Source: an uncultured virus (IMG/VR IMGVR_UViG_3300044641_008909)
Lineage: Duplodnaviria > Heunggongvirae > Uroviricota > Caudoviricetes
Virus record (IMG/VR): IMGVR_UViG_3300044641_008909
Reading direction: 5' to 3' (one strand)
DNA length: 64,000 nt
Shown here: in pieces, positions 40,841-50,320 of the stretch
Layout: each line of letters begins with the position of its first letter
Position numbering within the stretch: position 1 is the first letter of the stretch
Translations under genes and position numbers: made by a program
Notes under the pieces: generated by a model
The model's database searches: none
What the model was told of the DNA's origin: nothing
The model's input: the letters and a program-made list of their open reading frames with translations, nothing else

Positions 40841-42075
40841 GCATTAAAGAAGAATGGAATCATATTTTAACTAAGATGGAAAACCATCATAGTATTTTTT
40901 ATAAAATAATTCAAATGGGTAAACCTGTATTTACCGATAAGATTCAAACTGCTGCTGTGCAGTTTGATAAAGAAGGTAATTACTTGATGTTCTTGTTCAA
41001 TGAAAATTTCTGGAATGAATGTGATGAATATAAAAAAATATTTGTCATATGTCATGAAGCGTTACACATTATCCTGAATCATGGTAAAAGATTTCAGGAA
41101 AAGGAAAATCCAAAAATATTCAACATTGCTGTTGATATTGTGGTCAATCATTCTCTTGTAAAAGATTTTGGTTTCATAAGAGAAGAAATTGATGCAAAAA
41201 ATGAATACTGTTGGATTGACACTATTTTTGGTGAGAAAAAACACAATGGTCTTAATTATCCAGACGATGAAACATCTGAGTTTTATTATAATGAAATAAA
41301 AAAAGATCCTGAAAATAATGGTGGATCTGGAAAATCTGGTGGAAATCAGAAGCTTGTTGATGAACATCAAGCATTAAGTGAAGAGGAAATCAAAGAGATA
41401 ATGGAAAAGGTAGGTGGAGAACTTACTGATGATGAGAAAACAGAAATTGATAATATTATTAGTAGTAAAATGGCTGGCAATGGCAGTGGATTTTGGGCAT
41501 CGTTAGGAACAAGAAAAATAATAAAAAATAAAAAATGGGAAAGCGTTATCCACAAATGGAAAATGAAAGTACTTAAAATTGCAGATGTCGATAAAGAACA
41601 ATGGTCACGCAAATCCAGAAGAATGAATGCTTATTATTCTGATATGATATTACCATCAGAAGCTGAAATAGAAGATTATGATAAAGAAACAAAAAAAATA
41701 GATGTATTTTTCTTTCTAGATACATCTGGAAGTTGTTATGGATTGAAAGATCGATTTTTTACAGCAGCTTCAAGTCTGCCAGAAGATCGTTTCAACGTAA
41801 GGTTGTTTTGTTTCGATACAAAGGCTGAAGAGACGACACTTGAGAGCAGAAGGGTGTATGGAGGGGGTGGAACATCATTTGCCTGTATAGAAGAAAAAAT
41901 AAGGGTAGAAACGGAAGGTAAGAAATATCCTTCTGCTGTATTTGTTATCACAGATGGTATGGGAAGCAAGGTTAATCCTATTCATCCTGAAAGATGGTAT
42001 TGGTTTTTATCAGAAGACAACAAAAAGTATATTCCTATTAAATCAAATGTTTACAATCTTGATGATTATGTTTGA
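40837..42075 (+). CDS. Metallopeptidase-vWA protein (DUF2201-like)
   Basis: HEALH; MIDAS DTSGS, GGGTSF, ITDG. Confidence 0.9.
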   Translation: MSIKEEWNHILTKMENHHSIFYKIIQMGKPVFTDKIQTAAVQFDKEGNYLMFLFNENFWNECDEYKKIFVICHEALHIILNHGKRFQEKENPKIFNIAVDIVVNHSLVKDFGFIREEIDAKNEYCWIDTIFGEKKHNGLNYPDDETSEFYYNEIKKDPENNGGSGKSGGNQKLVDEHQALSEEEIKEIMEKVGGELTDDEKTEIDNIISSKMAGNGSGFWASLGTRKIIKNKKWESVIHKWKMKVLKIADVDKEQWSRKSRRMNAYYSDMILPSEAEIEDYDKETKKIDVFFFLDTSGSCYGLKDRFFTAASSLPEDRFNVRLFCFDTKAEETTLESRRVYGGGGTSFACIEEKIRVETEGKKYPSAVFVITDGMGSKVNPIHPERWYWFLSEDNKKYIPIKSNVYNLDDYV

Positions 42076-42596
42076 TTTAAAAAAAAGTCGTCATTAAGTT
42101 TTAGAAGATGGTCTAGAGCTATTGCTGTCCATTCTTTATACTTTAATGAATATTCAAATTCATGACCAATTAATTCATTGGTCATGATGAAAGCAAGCCA
42201 AGGTTTTCGTGTTTTTTTCCAACACATCATTGGTTTTCTTCCACAACGATTACTATCAGCGGTTGCTTGCTTTAAGAATCCATTTAATTCACTATTTCCA
42301 TTTACAAAAACAGCACTCATGTCGATGCTGTCATATCCGCCTTTACTTTCGATAACAAATTTAAAGTTCTTTGGACATATTAAATCACCAGAGAAAACTT
42401 CAGAAGCGTGTTGTGGTAAATCCGCTTGACTCCATCGATTGCCGGACCCGACAGATCTGCTGAAAGGCATATTGAATCTTGTAGTAAGAATTTTAGTTAG
42501 TTCTAATTCTGTACGATTTCCTTTTTTCTTTCCATTGACTTTGTTAGGTCTTTTTGGTTGTATTTCATCGATATCTAGACCTTTAAAATCATCCAT
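42066..42596 (-). CDS. Holliday junction resolvase-like PD-(D/E)XK nuclease
   Basis: KKKGNRTE..SG..GDL..VIESK. Confidence 0.75.
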   Translation of the reverse strand: MDDFKGLDIDEIQPKRPNKVNGKKKGNRTELELTKILTTRFNMPFSRSVGSGNRWSQADLPQHASEVFSGDLICPKNFKFVIESKGGYDSIDMSAVFVNGNSELNGFLKQATADSNRCGRKPMMCWKKTRKPWLAFIMTNELIGHEFEYSLKYKEWTAIALDHLLKLNDDFFLNQT

Positions 42597-43383
42597 ATTC
42601 TATAATAACCTCTTTATGTAATTTAATTGAGTGGTATTTCCTTCTAATTTCTCCGTTTGAATATTTAAAATTGTAAAGCTTATAAGGCATTGTTCTATTA
42701 AATATACAGTCATTCATAATTTCTTGGCTTCTTTTAAACCTAGACAATGCTTGTACAAATATCTCAGTTGTTGAACAAAAAAATATTTGTCCTAATGTTT
42801 CAGTCAAATCAAAAACATATAAAGGTCTGGCTGCGTTTCTAATTAAATATAAATTTGTTTCATTTTCATTAAAATCTACATAAGAAATAGCAAATTGACT
42901 TTTGGCAGTAAGACCCATCAATTTTCCAAATGACTTAACAGTATTATCTTCATTCTTTTCCATGAATTTAAGTAAAACTTCTGAATCGCAAGTTGATTCA
43001 GTTGGAAACATGCTTATTAAATTTTTATATTCTTCTCTATCAACCATTCCGTTATGTGTTAATATTTTTTTTCCATCTTCACTGACAAAAGGATGGTTGT
43101 TAATATTGTCTTCTGGGTTACCACACATTGGTGTAGCTTGTCTAGCATGAAGTAAACACAGATGAAGATTTTTATCTTCTAAGCTTTTGAAAAAACTTGT
43201 ATTTACAAAATCAGATGAAATCATTGGTTTCTTATCAAAGTAAACTTTATTTTTATCATCTATTGCAAAAACACCAGAAGCATGGATGCCTCTGACTTCT
43301 AGTTTTTTAAAAATATTTTTCGTGAGATTATAAGTCAATCTTATATCTTTTGATTTGCCTATAAATCCTGCAATTCCACACAT
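42589..43383 (-). CDS. Class II glutamine amidotransferase domain protein
   Basis: MCGIAG, RG..ASG, HARQAT, NHPF, HNG, DSE. Confidence 0.9.
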   Translation of the reverse strand: MCGIAGFIGKSKDIRLTYNLTKNIFKKLEVRGIHASGVFAIDDKNKVYFDKKPMISSDFVNTSFFKSLEDKNLHLCLLHARQATPMCGNPEDNINNHPFVSEDGKKILTHNGMVDREEYKNLISMFPTESTCDSEVLLKFMEKNEDNTVKSFGKLMGLTAKSQFAISYVDFNENETNLYLIRNAARPLYVFDLTETLGQIFFCSTTEIFVQALSRFKRSQEIMNDCIFNRTMPYKLYNFKYSNGEIRRKYHSIKLHKEVIIEYG

Positions 43384-43389
43384 ATTTTA

Positions 43390-43872
43390 TTACTTTTGAG
43401 GCATTTGAGAAGTTGGTGCGGCTCCAGAAGTATCAAATCCGCTTGCTTGAGGCAATTCAGGAGCGATATCTTGTACAGCCACATCATTAGGTTTTTCATT
43501 CTTTTCAGGTTGTGGCGATATTTGGAAAGCATTAATAGGAATGCCCATCTTCTTAATTATTGCTTGTAAATTAGAAATTACCTTTTTAATTGTTGCTTCT
43601 AAGTCGTCACTTTCATCAATTGATTTAGCAAGAGCGACAGCACATCTTTGCAACACTTTCAAGAACTTTCTATTTTCATTACCCCAATGCCCTTGTAGTA
43701 TGCCTCTGCACTTATTAACTATAATTTGACTGTATCGAACTAAGTTCCTTGTTCCTATCTTGTTTACTTCATCAGATAGTTCTTGTGTTGAATTAAGGAC
43801 ATCGCCTATCTCTTTTGCAAGATAAACTTTGTTTTCATTTAACACATATTCTCGAAAATTAAAATCAGTCAT
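43390..43872 (-). CDS. Capsid-targeting-peptide-like protein
   Basis: MTDFNFREYVLNE; TAAATA 6 nt upstream. Confidence 0.7.
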   Translation of the reverse strand: MTDFNFREYVLNENKVYLAKEIGDVLNSTQELSDEVNKIGTRNLVRYSQIIVNKCRGILQGHWGNENRKFLKVLQRCAVALAKSIDESDDLEATIKKVISNLQAIIKKMGIPINAFQISPQPEKNEKPNDVAVQDIAPELPQASGFDTSGAAPTSQMPQK

Positions 43873-43891
43873 AATAGTTATTTAGGTTGAT

Positions 43892-44830
43892 TTACTCAAA
43901 AAATGAAACCCAATTTATTATAGCCATACCAATTTTTTTATAATAATCAATTTCTATATTTTTTAATTTTTTGCCTATGTCTGCCATACATTCTAAAATA
44001 TTTGAACCTTGAATTTTAATAGAATCGATTATTTGCCAAAATTTTTCATTTTCAATAACGCCGGGAGTTTCTTTTTCAAGGTTCTTAAATACATCACTTG
44101 CTCTACTATGAAATATAAAAGGTTTACCTACAGTTACATTAATGTCCAAATGATCCATTATTTTCTTAGATATGATTCCACACCATATGTCATCAAATCT
44201 TCTATATGGAGAACCTTCTCCCATAAGAGGAAACCACATTAATGGTGTTAAGTCTCTTTTAAAACACATATTCATTCCACACAATGGATAATACTGACCC
44301 TTTGGTATTATCCTTGTGTTTTCTGGCAATTTAATATTTTGATTAGAAAGTGTTTGTATGGCATCAAGATCTGGAACGCCTTCCCACAGACCAGCACTAA
44401 GTTTTACATTATCAAGAGTTCCTAGATTTTTGTAAGGAATACCTCTTGTCCTATATCCAATACAACTTTCTGTCCATTTTGGAAATTGTTCTAAATTGTT
44501 TATATGATCTGTAAAGAAATCAACACCATCAATTGGATAGCAATCATCATCTAGTGTGAATATGTAATCAAAATTCTGCTTATATGCCAAATAGAATCCA
44601 AAAGATCTAATTGCCGAATCTCTTCTTGAAATTATCCATGATTTTTTTCCAAATGTTCTGTCAATGTCTTCCCACGAATAATGCTGAATTCTACTATCTT
44701 TTTTAATCTTAAATGTTTTTTCAGGGTTATCTTCAATCAGGATAACAGTACATTCAAATTTCCATTTTTCTAGGAAGTCTGTAATGCATTTTTCTCTAAT
44801 AGTTGGAACAACAATACAGTAATTTCTCAT
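43892..44830 (-). CDS. Reversibly glycosylated polypeptide / UDP-arabinopyranose mutase-like (GT75)
   Basis: IVVPTIR, DSAIRSFG, TLDDDC, RGIPY, GLW..VPD.DA, P.CGMN..F, LMG.G.P..RFDDIW.G, DHL, HS.AS..F.NL. Confidence 0.88.
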   Translation of the reverse strand: MRNYCIVVPTIREKCITDFLEKWKFECTVILIEDNPEKTFKIKKDSRIQHYSWEDIDRTFGKKSWIISRRDSAIRSFGFYLAYKQNFDYIFTLDDDCYPIDGVDFFTDHINNLEQFPKWTESCIGYRTRGIPYKNLGTLDNVKLSAGLWEGVPDLDAIQTLSNQNIKLPENTRIIPKGQYYPLCGMNMCFKRDLTPLMWFPLMGEGSPYRRFDDIWCGIISKKIMDHLDINVTVGKPFIFHSRASDVFKNLEKETPGVIENEKFWQIIDSIKIQGSNILECMADIGKKLKNIEIDYYKKIGMAIINWVSFFE

Positions 44831-45714
44831 ATGAATTTTAATTCCTTGACTACTAGGCATTTATTTATGTCTAAATTAACTTTATTGCCAACTAAATCAT
44901 CAATAACATAAGAAGCATTTATTTTTTCTAAGAATTTTTTAATTTTTTGTTTAAAGAAGTCAATGCTTATAATGATTCTTCCTATTTTGCCGGGGGGTGT
45001 AATAGCTAAATGGATATTGTTTAAGTTGCCAACATGTTTACAATTATTCATTTTTTCTATATTTATAATTCCATTATTTTCAACACCTATATTATGAAAG
45101 ACTTTATTTGTAAAGTCTTTGTGTTTGTAAAATATATTTCTTGTTACTGTTTCTTCTTGAATGATTCTTCTTTCTCCATCAACAGGATAAGCAATCAGAG
45201 TATATTCAGATAAAACTTTGCTTTCATCAAGCATGTCATCAACTTCTTTTATAAACATTTCTCTGTATTCTTTGGTGTTTTCTTTTGTTGTATCAAATAT
45301 TAAAACACCTGTATTGACATTGTGATTATGTGTCCCGTATACTCCTACTTTATTCCAATTTATGTTTGTAAATTTTTTGATTATAAAAGCATCACTGTCG
45401 AGAAGAATAACTTTTTCTTTTTCTTCAAAAGACATTTCAAAACAATCTCTTAATTTCGATAAAAGGGGTGTATTAAATCTTTTTTTGGTATAATTTTTAT
45501 ACCATTGTTCAATATAAATGACTTTGTAATCAAGTAATGAAGAATAATCAAAAATTTCTTTTGGTGGTTTAGTATAACAAATAATTTTTATTTTATTTTT
45601 TGGATAAACACTTCTCAATGTTATTATTGAGAACAATAAATTGATCCACCATTTGTCTTTTATATTAGATTTATCACTCCAAGAAGCGTAATAAAATGTA
45701 ATATTTTCATCCAT
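44827..45714 (-). CDS. GT-A fold glycosyltransferase (GT8-like)
   Basis: SI.TLR, VILLDSDAF (DxD), NTGVLIF; ATGA-coupled to the mutase-like gene. Confidence 0.65.
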   Translation of the reverse strand: MDENITFYYASWSDKSNIKDKWWINLLFSIITLRSVYPKNKIKIICYTKPPKEIFDYSSLLDYKVIYIEQWYKNYTKKRFNTPLLSKLRDCFEMSFEEKEKVILLDSDAFIIKKFTNINWNKVGVYGTHNHNVNTGVLIFDTTKENTKEYREMFIKEVDDMLDESKVLSEYTLIAYPVDGERRIIQEETVTRNIFYKHKDFTNKVFHNIGVENNGIINIEKMNNCKHVGNLNNIHLAITPPGKIGRIIISIDFFKQKIKKFLEKINASYVIDDLVGNKVNLDINKCLVVKELKFI

Positions 45715-45736
45715 TTTAACCTATTTTCCATACAAA

Positions 45737-45778
45737 TAACAGTTAGTATCTTGATATTATTCAAGATACTAACTGTTA
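45737..45778. terminator. 18-bp inverted repeat downstream of RNR
   Basis: TAACAGTTAGTATCTTGA-TATTAT-TCAAGATACTAACTGTTA. Confidence 0.55.
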
Positions 45779-45785
45779 ATATATT

Positions 45786-48233
45786 TTATCCGCACTTTGA
45801 CCAACCACATGACTTACACAAAACGCAACCATCATTTCTTTCAACTTGATTGCCTTGGCAAGAAGGACATTCTTCACCATGAACCTTGGTGCCATCCTTA
45901 ATATACTTCTTAAGTGTTCTGGCAAGAACCTTGCTCAAACTAACAAGATCACCTTTGGTTTTCTCAAGCTGATGCACGACAAAGCTAATATCCGCACCAT
46001 GACGCAATGAAGTGCTTACCATCCTGCACAAAGCATCTCCGTTTTCATGATTGCTGATATTAATCAAGTTAAATGATTCATTACCAGCTTGGAACACATA
46101 CTTGCCCCTATTGAGCTTCTTAAGCAATCCTTTAGATTCTTTGCATTTGATTACTGGTTTACCATCTTCTGTGTTCAGACCAGCAAATACTTCATATGGC
46201 TCACCATCAAGAAGACCAACAACAACATAATAAGGGTCACCCTTTACTATCGGCAGATACAACTCTGCTTCAATATTAGCAGGACGTTTTGGAGCATCGT
46301 TCTTTTTAATCTTTTCTTCTACTTCTTTCTTAGCAGGCTTTTCTATCAGAACTCCAGTACGACAGTTTTTACGATAGACAGTCATACCTTTGCATTTGTA
46401 CTTCCATGCAGCTTCATAAATCTTAGCAACTTGTTCTTCTGTTACTTCTTCTGGCAAGTTAACAGTCTTAGAAATTGCATGATCAACATACTTCTGTGCT
46501 TCAGCTTGTAATTCTACAGCTGCAACCCAATCAATGTCTTCAGCACAGCAACCAAACCAAGGAGACTTTTTGAGATCCTTTTCACCTGTAATTTCCATCC
46601 ACATTTTAACTTTAGGATGATACACTTCAAATTCTTGCCAATGATCTCCATTAGGATCAACAAAGTCTACTCTTGCATTTTTATCATTTGGATTGATTTT
46701 CTTTCTTCTAGTATATGGGAAAAGCATGAACAGAGGTTCGACTCCAGAAGTTGTCTGTGTCATAATAGACACAGATCCTGTTGGAGCGATTGTTAAGTTA
46801 GCAATATTCCTTCTACCATACTTTTGCATGTTTTCATAAAGAGTTGCATCAAGATCTCGCAACATCAAAAGGAATTCAGAATCCTTCTCCTTGTTCCAAT
46901 CCCAAACAGGAAACGCACCTGTTTTCTTAGCCATATCAACACTAGATCTAAATGAAGACAAGCATAAAGCTCTACAAATTTTGCCAGTCATATCAATGCT
47001 TTGTCTGCTACCATAAGCAATACTCAAAGCTGCCATCGTATCACCCAAAGCAGTCAATCCAGTCCCAGTTCTTCTACCATTTTCACACTTTTTGTAAATA
47101 TCTTGCCAAAGTTCAATCTCATTAGCTTTAATAGTGCTAGATTCTGGATCTTTCTTAATTTTCTTAATAATTTCGCTTACTTTTTCAAGTTCAAGATCAA
47201 TCATGTCATCCATCAATCGCTGACAGATTACTGCATGTTCTTCAAACAATGCAAAATCAAAATATGCATCTTTGGTAAAAGGATTGACAACATAAGAGAA
47301 CAAATTAAGAACCATTAAGCGGCAACTGTCAAAAGCGCAAATTGGTAATTCGGCACAGGGATTTGTGGATATAGTTTTATATCCATCTTCTGCATAACAA
47401 TCAACAGCATTGTACTTAGTGATTTGATCCCAGAACAAAAGACCGGGTTCAGCTCTTAGCCATGCATTGTGGATGATCTTTTTCCATAATTCCTTAGCAT
47501 CGACATAGATGTCACTATCGCTAGGTGGAGCATCTACTGGGAAACGTAAACGGAACTTTTCACCCTTTTCAACAGCTTCCAAAAATTCATTACTAAGCAA
47601 AACAGAGATGTTTGCTCCTGTGACCTTTGAACTGTCGTTCTTAATGGTAATGAATGATTCAATGTCTTTATGAGAAACATGGATACTAAGCATTAGAGCG
47701 CCTCTGCGCCCCGCCTGACCGACTTCTCTGATTGTATTGCTGTATCGTTCCATCCATGAACCAATGCCCGTGCTGGTCCTAGCAGCGTTCTTAACAGGCT
47801 CTCCGGCAGGACGTAGAGTTGATATGTCTACACCAACTCCACCTCTTCTTTTAGAGATTTGAGCTAAATGTTCGTCAACCTTAAGAATACCGCCATAGCT
47901 GTCTTTTGGACTTTCAACTACATAACAATTTGAAAGTGAAATGATTTGGTGATCGTTTCCGATACCAAACATAGGACTTCCTTGAGGTACAATATACTTG
48001 AATTTATCGAATAAAGAAAAGATTTGTTCTTCTGAAAGAGGTTCTGTATACTTTTCTGCTTCGATTCTTGCGAATTCTTTCGCAAGACGATGATGCATGT
48101 CAACTGGTGTTTCTTCAAGCAAATTAGAGCTGTTGTCTTTAAGAGCGTATTTGTCCAAAAACACTTTAGCGGCTAGCTCATCTCCCTCAAAATATGTTAC
48201 ACATTTTTCAAATGCTGTGGCGTACTGATACAT
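45786..48233 (-). CDS. nrdJ: Class II (B12-dependent) ribonucleotide reductase
   Basis: SNCYV, GRRGALM, TNPCAE, IAPTG, ISKTVN, C-terminal Zn ribbon with GCVLCKSCGWSKC; no beta subunit nearby. Confidence 0.92.
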   Translation of the reverse strand: MYQYATAFEKCVTYFEGDELAAKVFLDKYALKDNSSNLLEETPVDMHHRLAKEFARIEAEKYTEPLSEEQIFSLFDKFKYIVPQGSPMFGIGNDHQIISLSNCYVVESPKDSYGGILKVDEHLAQISKRRGGVGVDISTLRPAGEPVKNAARTSTGIGSWMERYSNTIREVGQAGRRGALMLSIHVSHKDIESFITIKNDSSKVTGANISVLLSNEFLEAVEKGEKFRLRFPVDAPPSDSDIYVDAKELWKKIIHNAWLRAEPGLLFWDQITKYNAVDCYAEDGYKTISTNPCAELPICAFDSCRLMVLNLFSYVVNPFTKDAYFDFALFEEHAVICQRLMDDMIDLELEKVSEIIKKIKKDPESSTIKANEIELWQDIYKKCENGRRTGTGLTALGDTMAALSIAYGSRQSIDMTGKICRALCLSSFRSSVDMAKKTGAFPVWDWNKEKDSEFLLMLRDLDATLYENMQKYGRRNIANLTIAPTGSVSIMTQTTSGVEPLFMLFPYTRRKKINPNDKNARVDFVDPNGDHWQEFEVYHPKVKMWMEITGEKDLKKSPWFGCCAEDIDWVAAVELQAEAQKYVDHAISKTVNLPEEVTEEQVAKIYEAAWKYKCKGMTVYRKNCRTGVLIEKPAKKEVEEKIKKNDAPKRPANIEAELYLPIVKGDPYYVVVGLLDGEPYEVFAGLNTEDGKPVIKCKESKGLLKKLNRGKYVFQAGNESFNLINISNHENGDALCRMVSTSLRHGADISFVVHQLEKTKGDLVSLSKVLARTLKKYIKDGTKVHGEECPSCQGNQVERNDGCVLCKSCGWSKCG

Positions 48234-48269
48234 GAGAACCCCTTACTCAAAAGAAAATAGATATGTTTA

Positions 48270-48298
48270 ATCATAGCAATTTTTGACTGATAAATCAA
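48270..48298 (-). promoter_or_regulatory. Sigma70-type promoter for RNR
   Basis: TTGATT-17-TATGAT with extended TG. Confidence 0.55.
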
Positions 48299-48316
48299 AA
48301 ATAAAAATGTAAAAAC

Positions 48317-50317
48317 CTAACGATCAATAGAAGAGATTCCATTTTCCATTTTTAGATTTATTCTGCTAGAATCAGCTAATAAATCAGATAATTCTTGATC
48401 ATGAGTAGTAACAAAAACTATTTTATTTTTAGCCATTTCTTTTATCAATTTATATATGGAATTATTTCCTTGAGAATCCATATTGATAGAAACTTCATCT
48501 AAAAACAGGATATTAGGCATAGATCCTGTATTCAATTCTCTAACATGAGCAAATGCTTGTGAGATTGCCAGATTAATTCTTCTTTTTTGTCCATTAGATA
48601 GAAGATCATATATTATTGGTGTATCATCAGTAACACGTTTAATTGTTTCGTTAAATTCATTATCAAATGTTAAAATCAAATTGCTATCAACTAACAAATC
48701 AAGCATTTCTGCAACATGATCGTTTAGTATTGGTAGTATTTGATCTATTACAAACTTCCTAACACCTTTATCTCCAAAGGCATCTGCCCAAAAATTGAAG
48801 TAAGGAATTTTTTGCATCAGTTCAACCAACTTTTCTTTATTGTCTTTGCTCTTGGACAAAGCAGTTTCTAAATTATTTTTTGCTGTTATAATGAGATCGT
48901 AATAAGGAGAATTGCCTTCAATAGCATTTGTTTTCTCCATAATATTAATTTTTTGTAATGATATCTTACTTTCTATTCTTGATATAGTGTTTAATGTTTC
49001 TGGTTTTATTATTGTTTGCAAAGTGTTTATGTCTTGCTGAATGGTTTGAATTTTTGATTTATTAGCAGAAATAGATGTTACTATTTTTGATTTCATATCA
49101 ATCAAAGTTTGTAATTGTTTTTTAATTTCATTGATTTTGTCATTAATGACAGTGATTTTGTTTGATTCTATGTCTTTTAATTTTTGTAATTCTTCTATTT
49201 GACTTTTACAGTCATCTCTAACGACTTCATAGTTTTCTTTTTGTGTTATAGAGAAGCAATGTTTGCAAACAATACCTTCTTTGATGTTTTTAGTTTTTTC
49301 AATTGTGTTTTGATTTTGTGTAATTTCGTTACTGATTAAATCAATTTGATTCTTAATTTTTAAAAACTCTGAATTGTTTTCTAGTAAAATAGATTTTCCT
49401 TCTTCCATTTTTAAATCAATTTGATCTTTAGTTGATTCTGATTTTAATATTTTTTCTTCAAGAAGGTTTTGTTCTTCTCTTTTTAATTCAATTTCTTTTT
49501 GAGCGTTATTATATTTTTCAACTTGTGGGTCAAATTCTGCAAGATCTTTAACTTGTTTTTCAAGTAAAATTATTTCATTTTTAATTATTTCAATTTCATC
49601 ATTTATTGTTTTCTTCCATGTTTTTTCTTTATCGTTAAGTTGTTCGAGTTGTTTTTTAATATCATTAAGAGAATTATCAGCGTTATGGCTTTCTATTTCA
49701 GCAATAGCAATTGATGACTTTGTCTGTTTTATATTTTCCTTAACAATTTCGTTATATGTGCGATATTTCTCTAAACCTAAAAGATTTTCAATAATAATCC
49801 TTCTGTCGGAAGCATTGGATTCGAGATAGCTATCTGTGTTTGAGTCAGTGAATATGCAAGTAGATTTAAATGTTTCACAATTGAAGCCAAGAATTGATTC
49901 AATTAATTCTTGTGTTTGTTTAATTTCGCCTCTAGTCAATTCTGTAGATTCTTCAAAGTTTCCATCTTTTGATTGCCATAATTTTAATCCATCAGGCTTT
50001 CTTGTTCTTTGAATCTTAATATCATCAAAATATATCTCTATTACCATTTTCTTATTTGTTTTATTGTTAATGACATCTTTTACACCAATTTTTTTAGGAT
50101 TCTTTACAGTCTTACCGAATAAACCATAGAGCAAGGCATCTAGTATACTGCTTTTACCACTACCATTGCTTGAATTAAGATTATTGTCATTAACATCAAG
50201 ATTTTTTCCCTTGATTAGAACGACAGAATCATAATTTTTAAAATCTATTTCAATTCCATTTTCTCCAAAGCACAAAAAATTTTGTGCTTTGATTTTCTTG
50301 AAATCAATCTTACGCAT
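48317..50317 (-). CDS. Recombination exonuclease ATPase subunit (gp46/SbcC/Rad50)
   Basis: NGSGKS, CKHC hook, LSNGQ, LFLDE, TTH. Confidence 0.95.
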   Translation of the reverse strand: MRKIDFKKIKAQNFLCFGENGIEIDFKNYDSVVLIKGKNLDVNDNNLNSSNGSGKSSILDALLYGLFGKTVKNPKKIGVKDVINNKTNKKMVIEIYFDDIKIQRTRKPDGLKLWQSKDGNFEESTELTRGEIKQTQELIESILGFNCETFKSTCIFTDSNTDSYLESNASDRRIIIENLLGLEKYRTYNEIVKENIKQTKSSIAIAEIESHNADNSLNDIKKQLEQLNDKEKTWKKTINDEIEIIKNEIILLEKQVKDLAEFDPQVEKYNNAQKEIELKREEQNLLEEKILKSESTKDQIDLKMEEGKSILLENNSEFLKIKNQIDLISNEITQNQNTIEKTKNIKEGIVCKHCFSITQKENYEVVRDDCKSQIEELQKLKDIESNKITVINDKINEIKKQLQTLIDMKSKIVTSISANKSKIQTIQQDINTLQTIIKPETLNTISRIESKISLQKINIMEKTNAIEGNSPYYDLIITAKNNLETALSKSKDNKEKLVELMQKIPYFNFWADAFGDKGVRKFVIDQILPILNDHVAEMLDLLVDSNLILTFDNEFNETIKRVTDDTPIIYDLLSNGQKRRINLAISQAFAHVRELNTGSMPNILFLDEVSINMDSQGNNSIYKLIKEMAKNKIVFVTTHDQELSDLLADSSRINLKMENGISSIDR

Positions 50318-50320
50318 AAA

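Noticed and set aside
45786..48233. Intein or intron in RNR (also considered for the helicases)
   Set aside because: Normal lengths, continuous motifs, no splice or homing-endonuclease signatures seen
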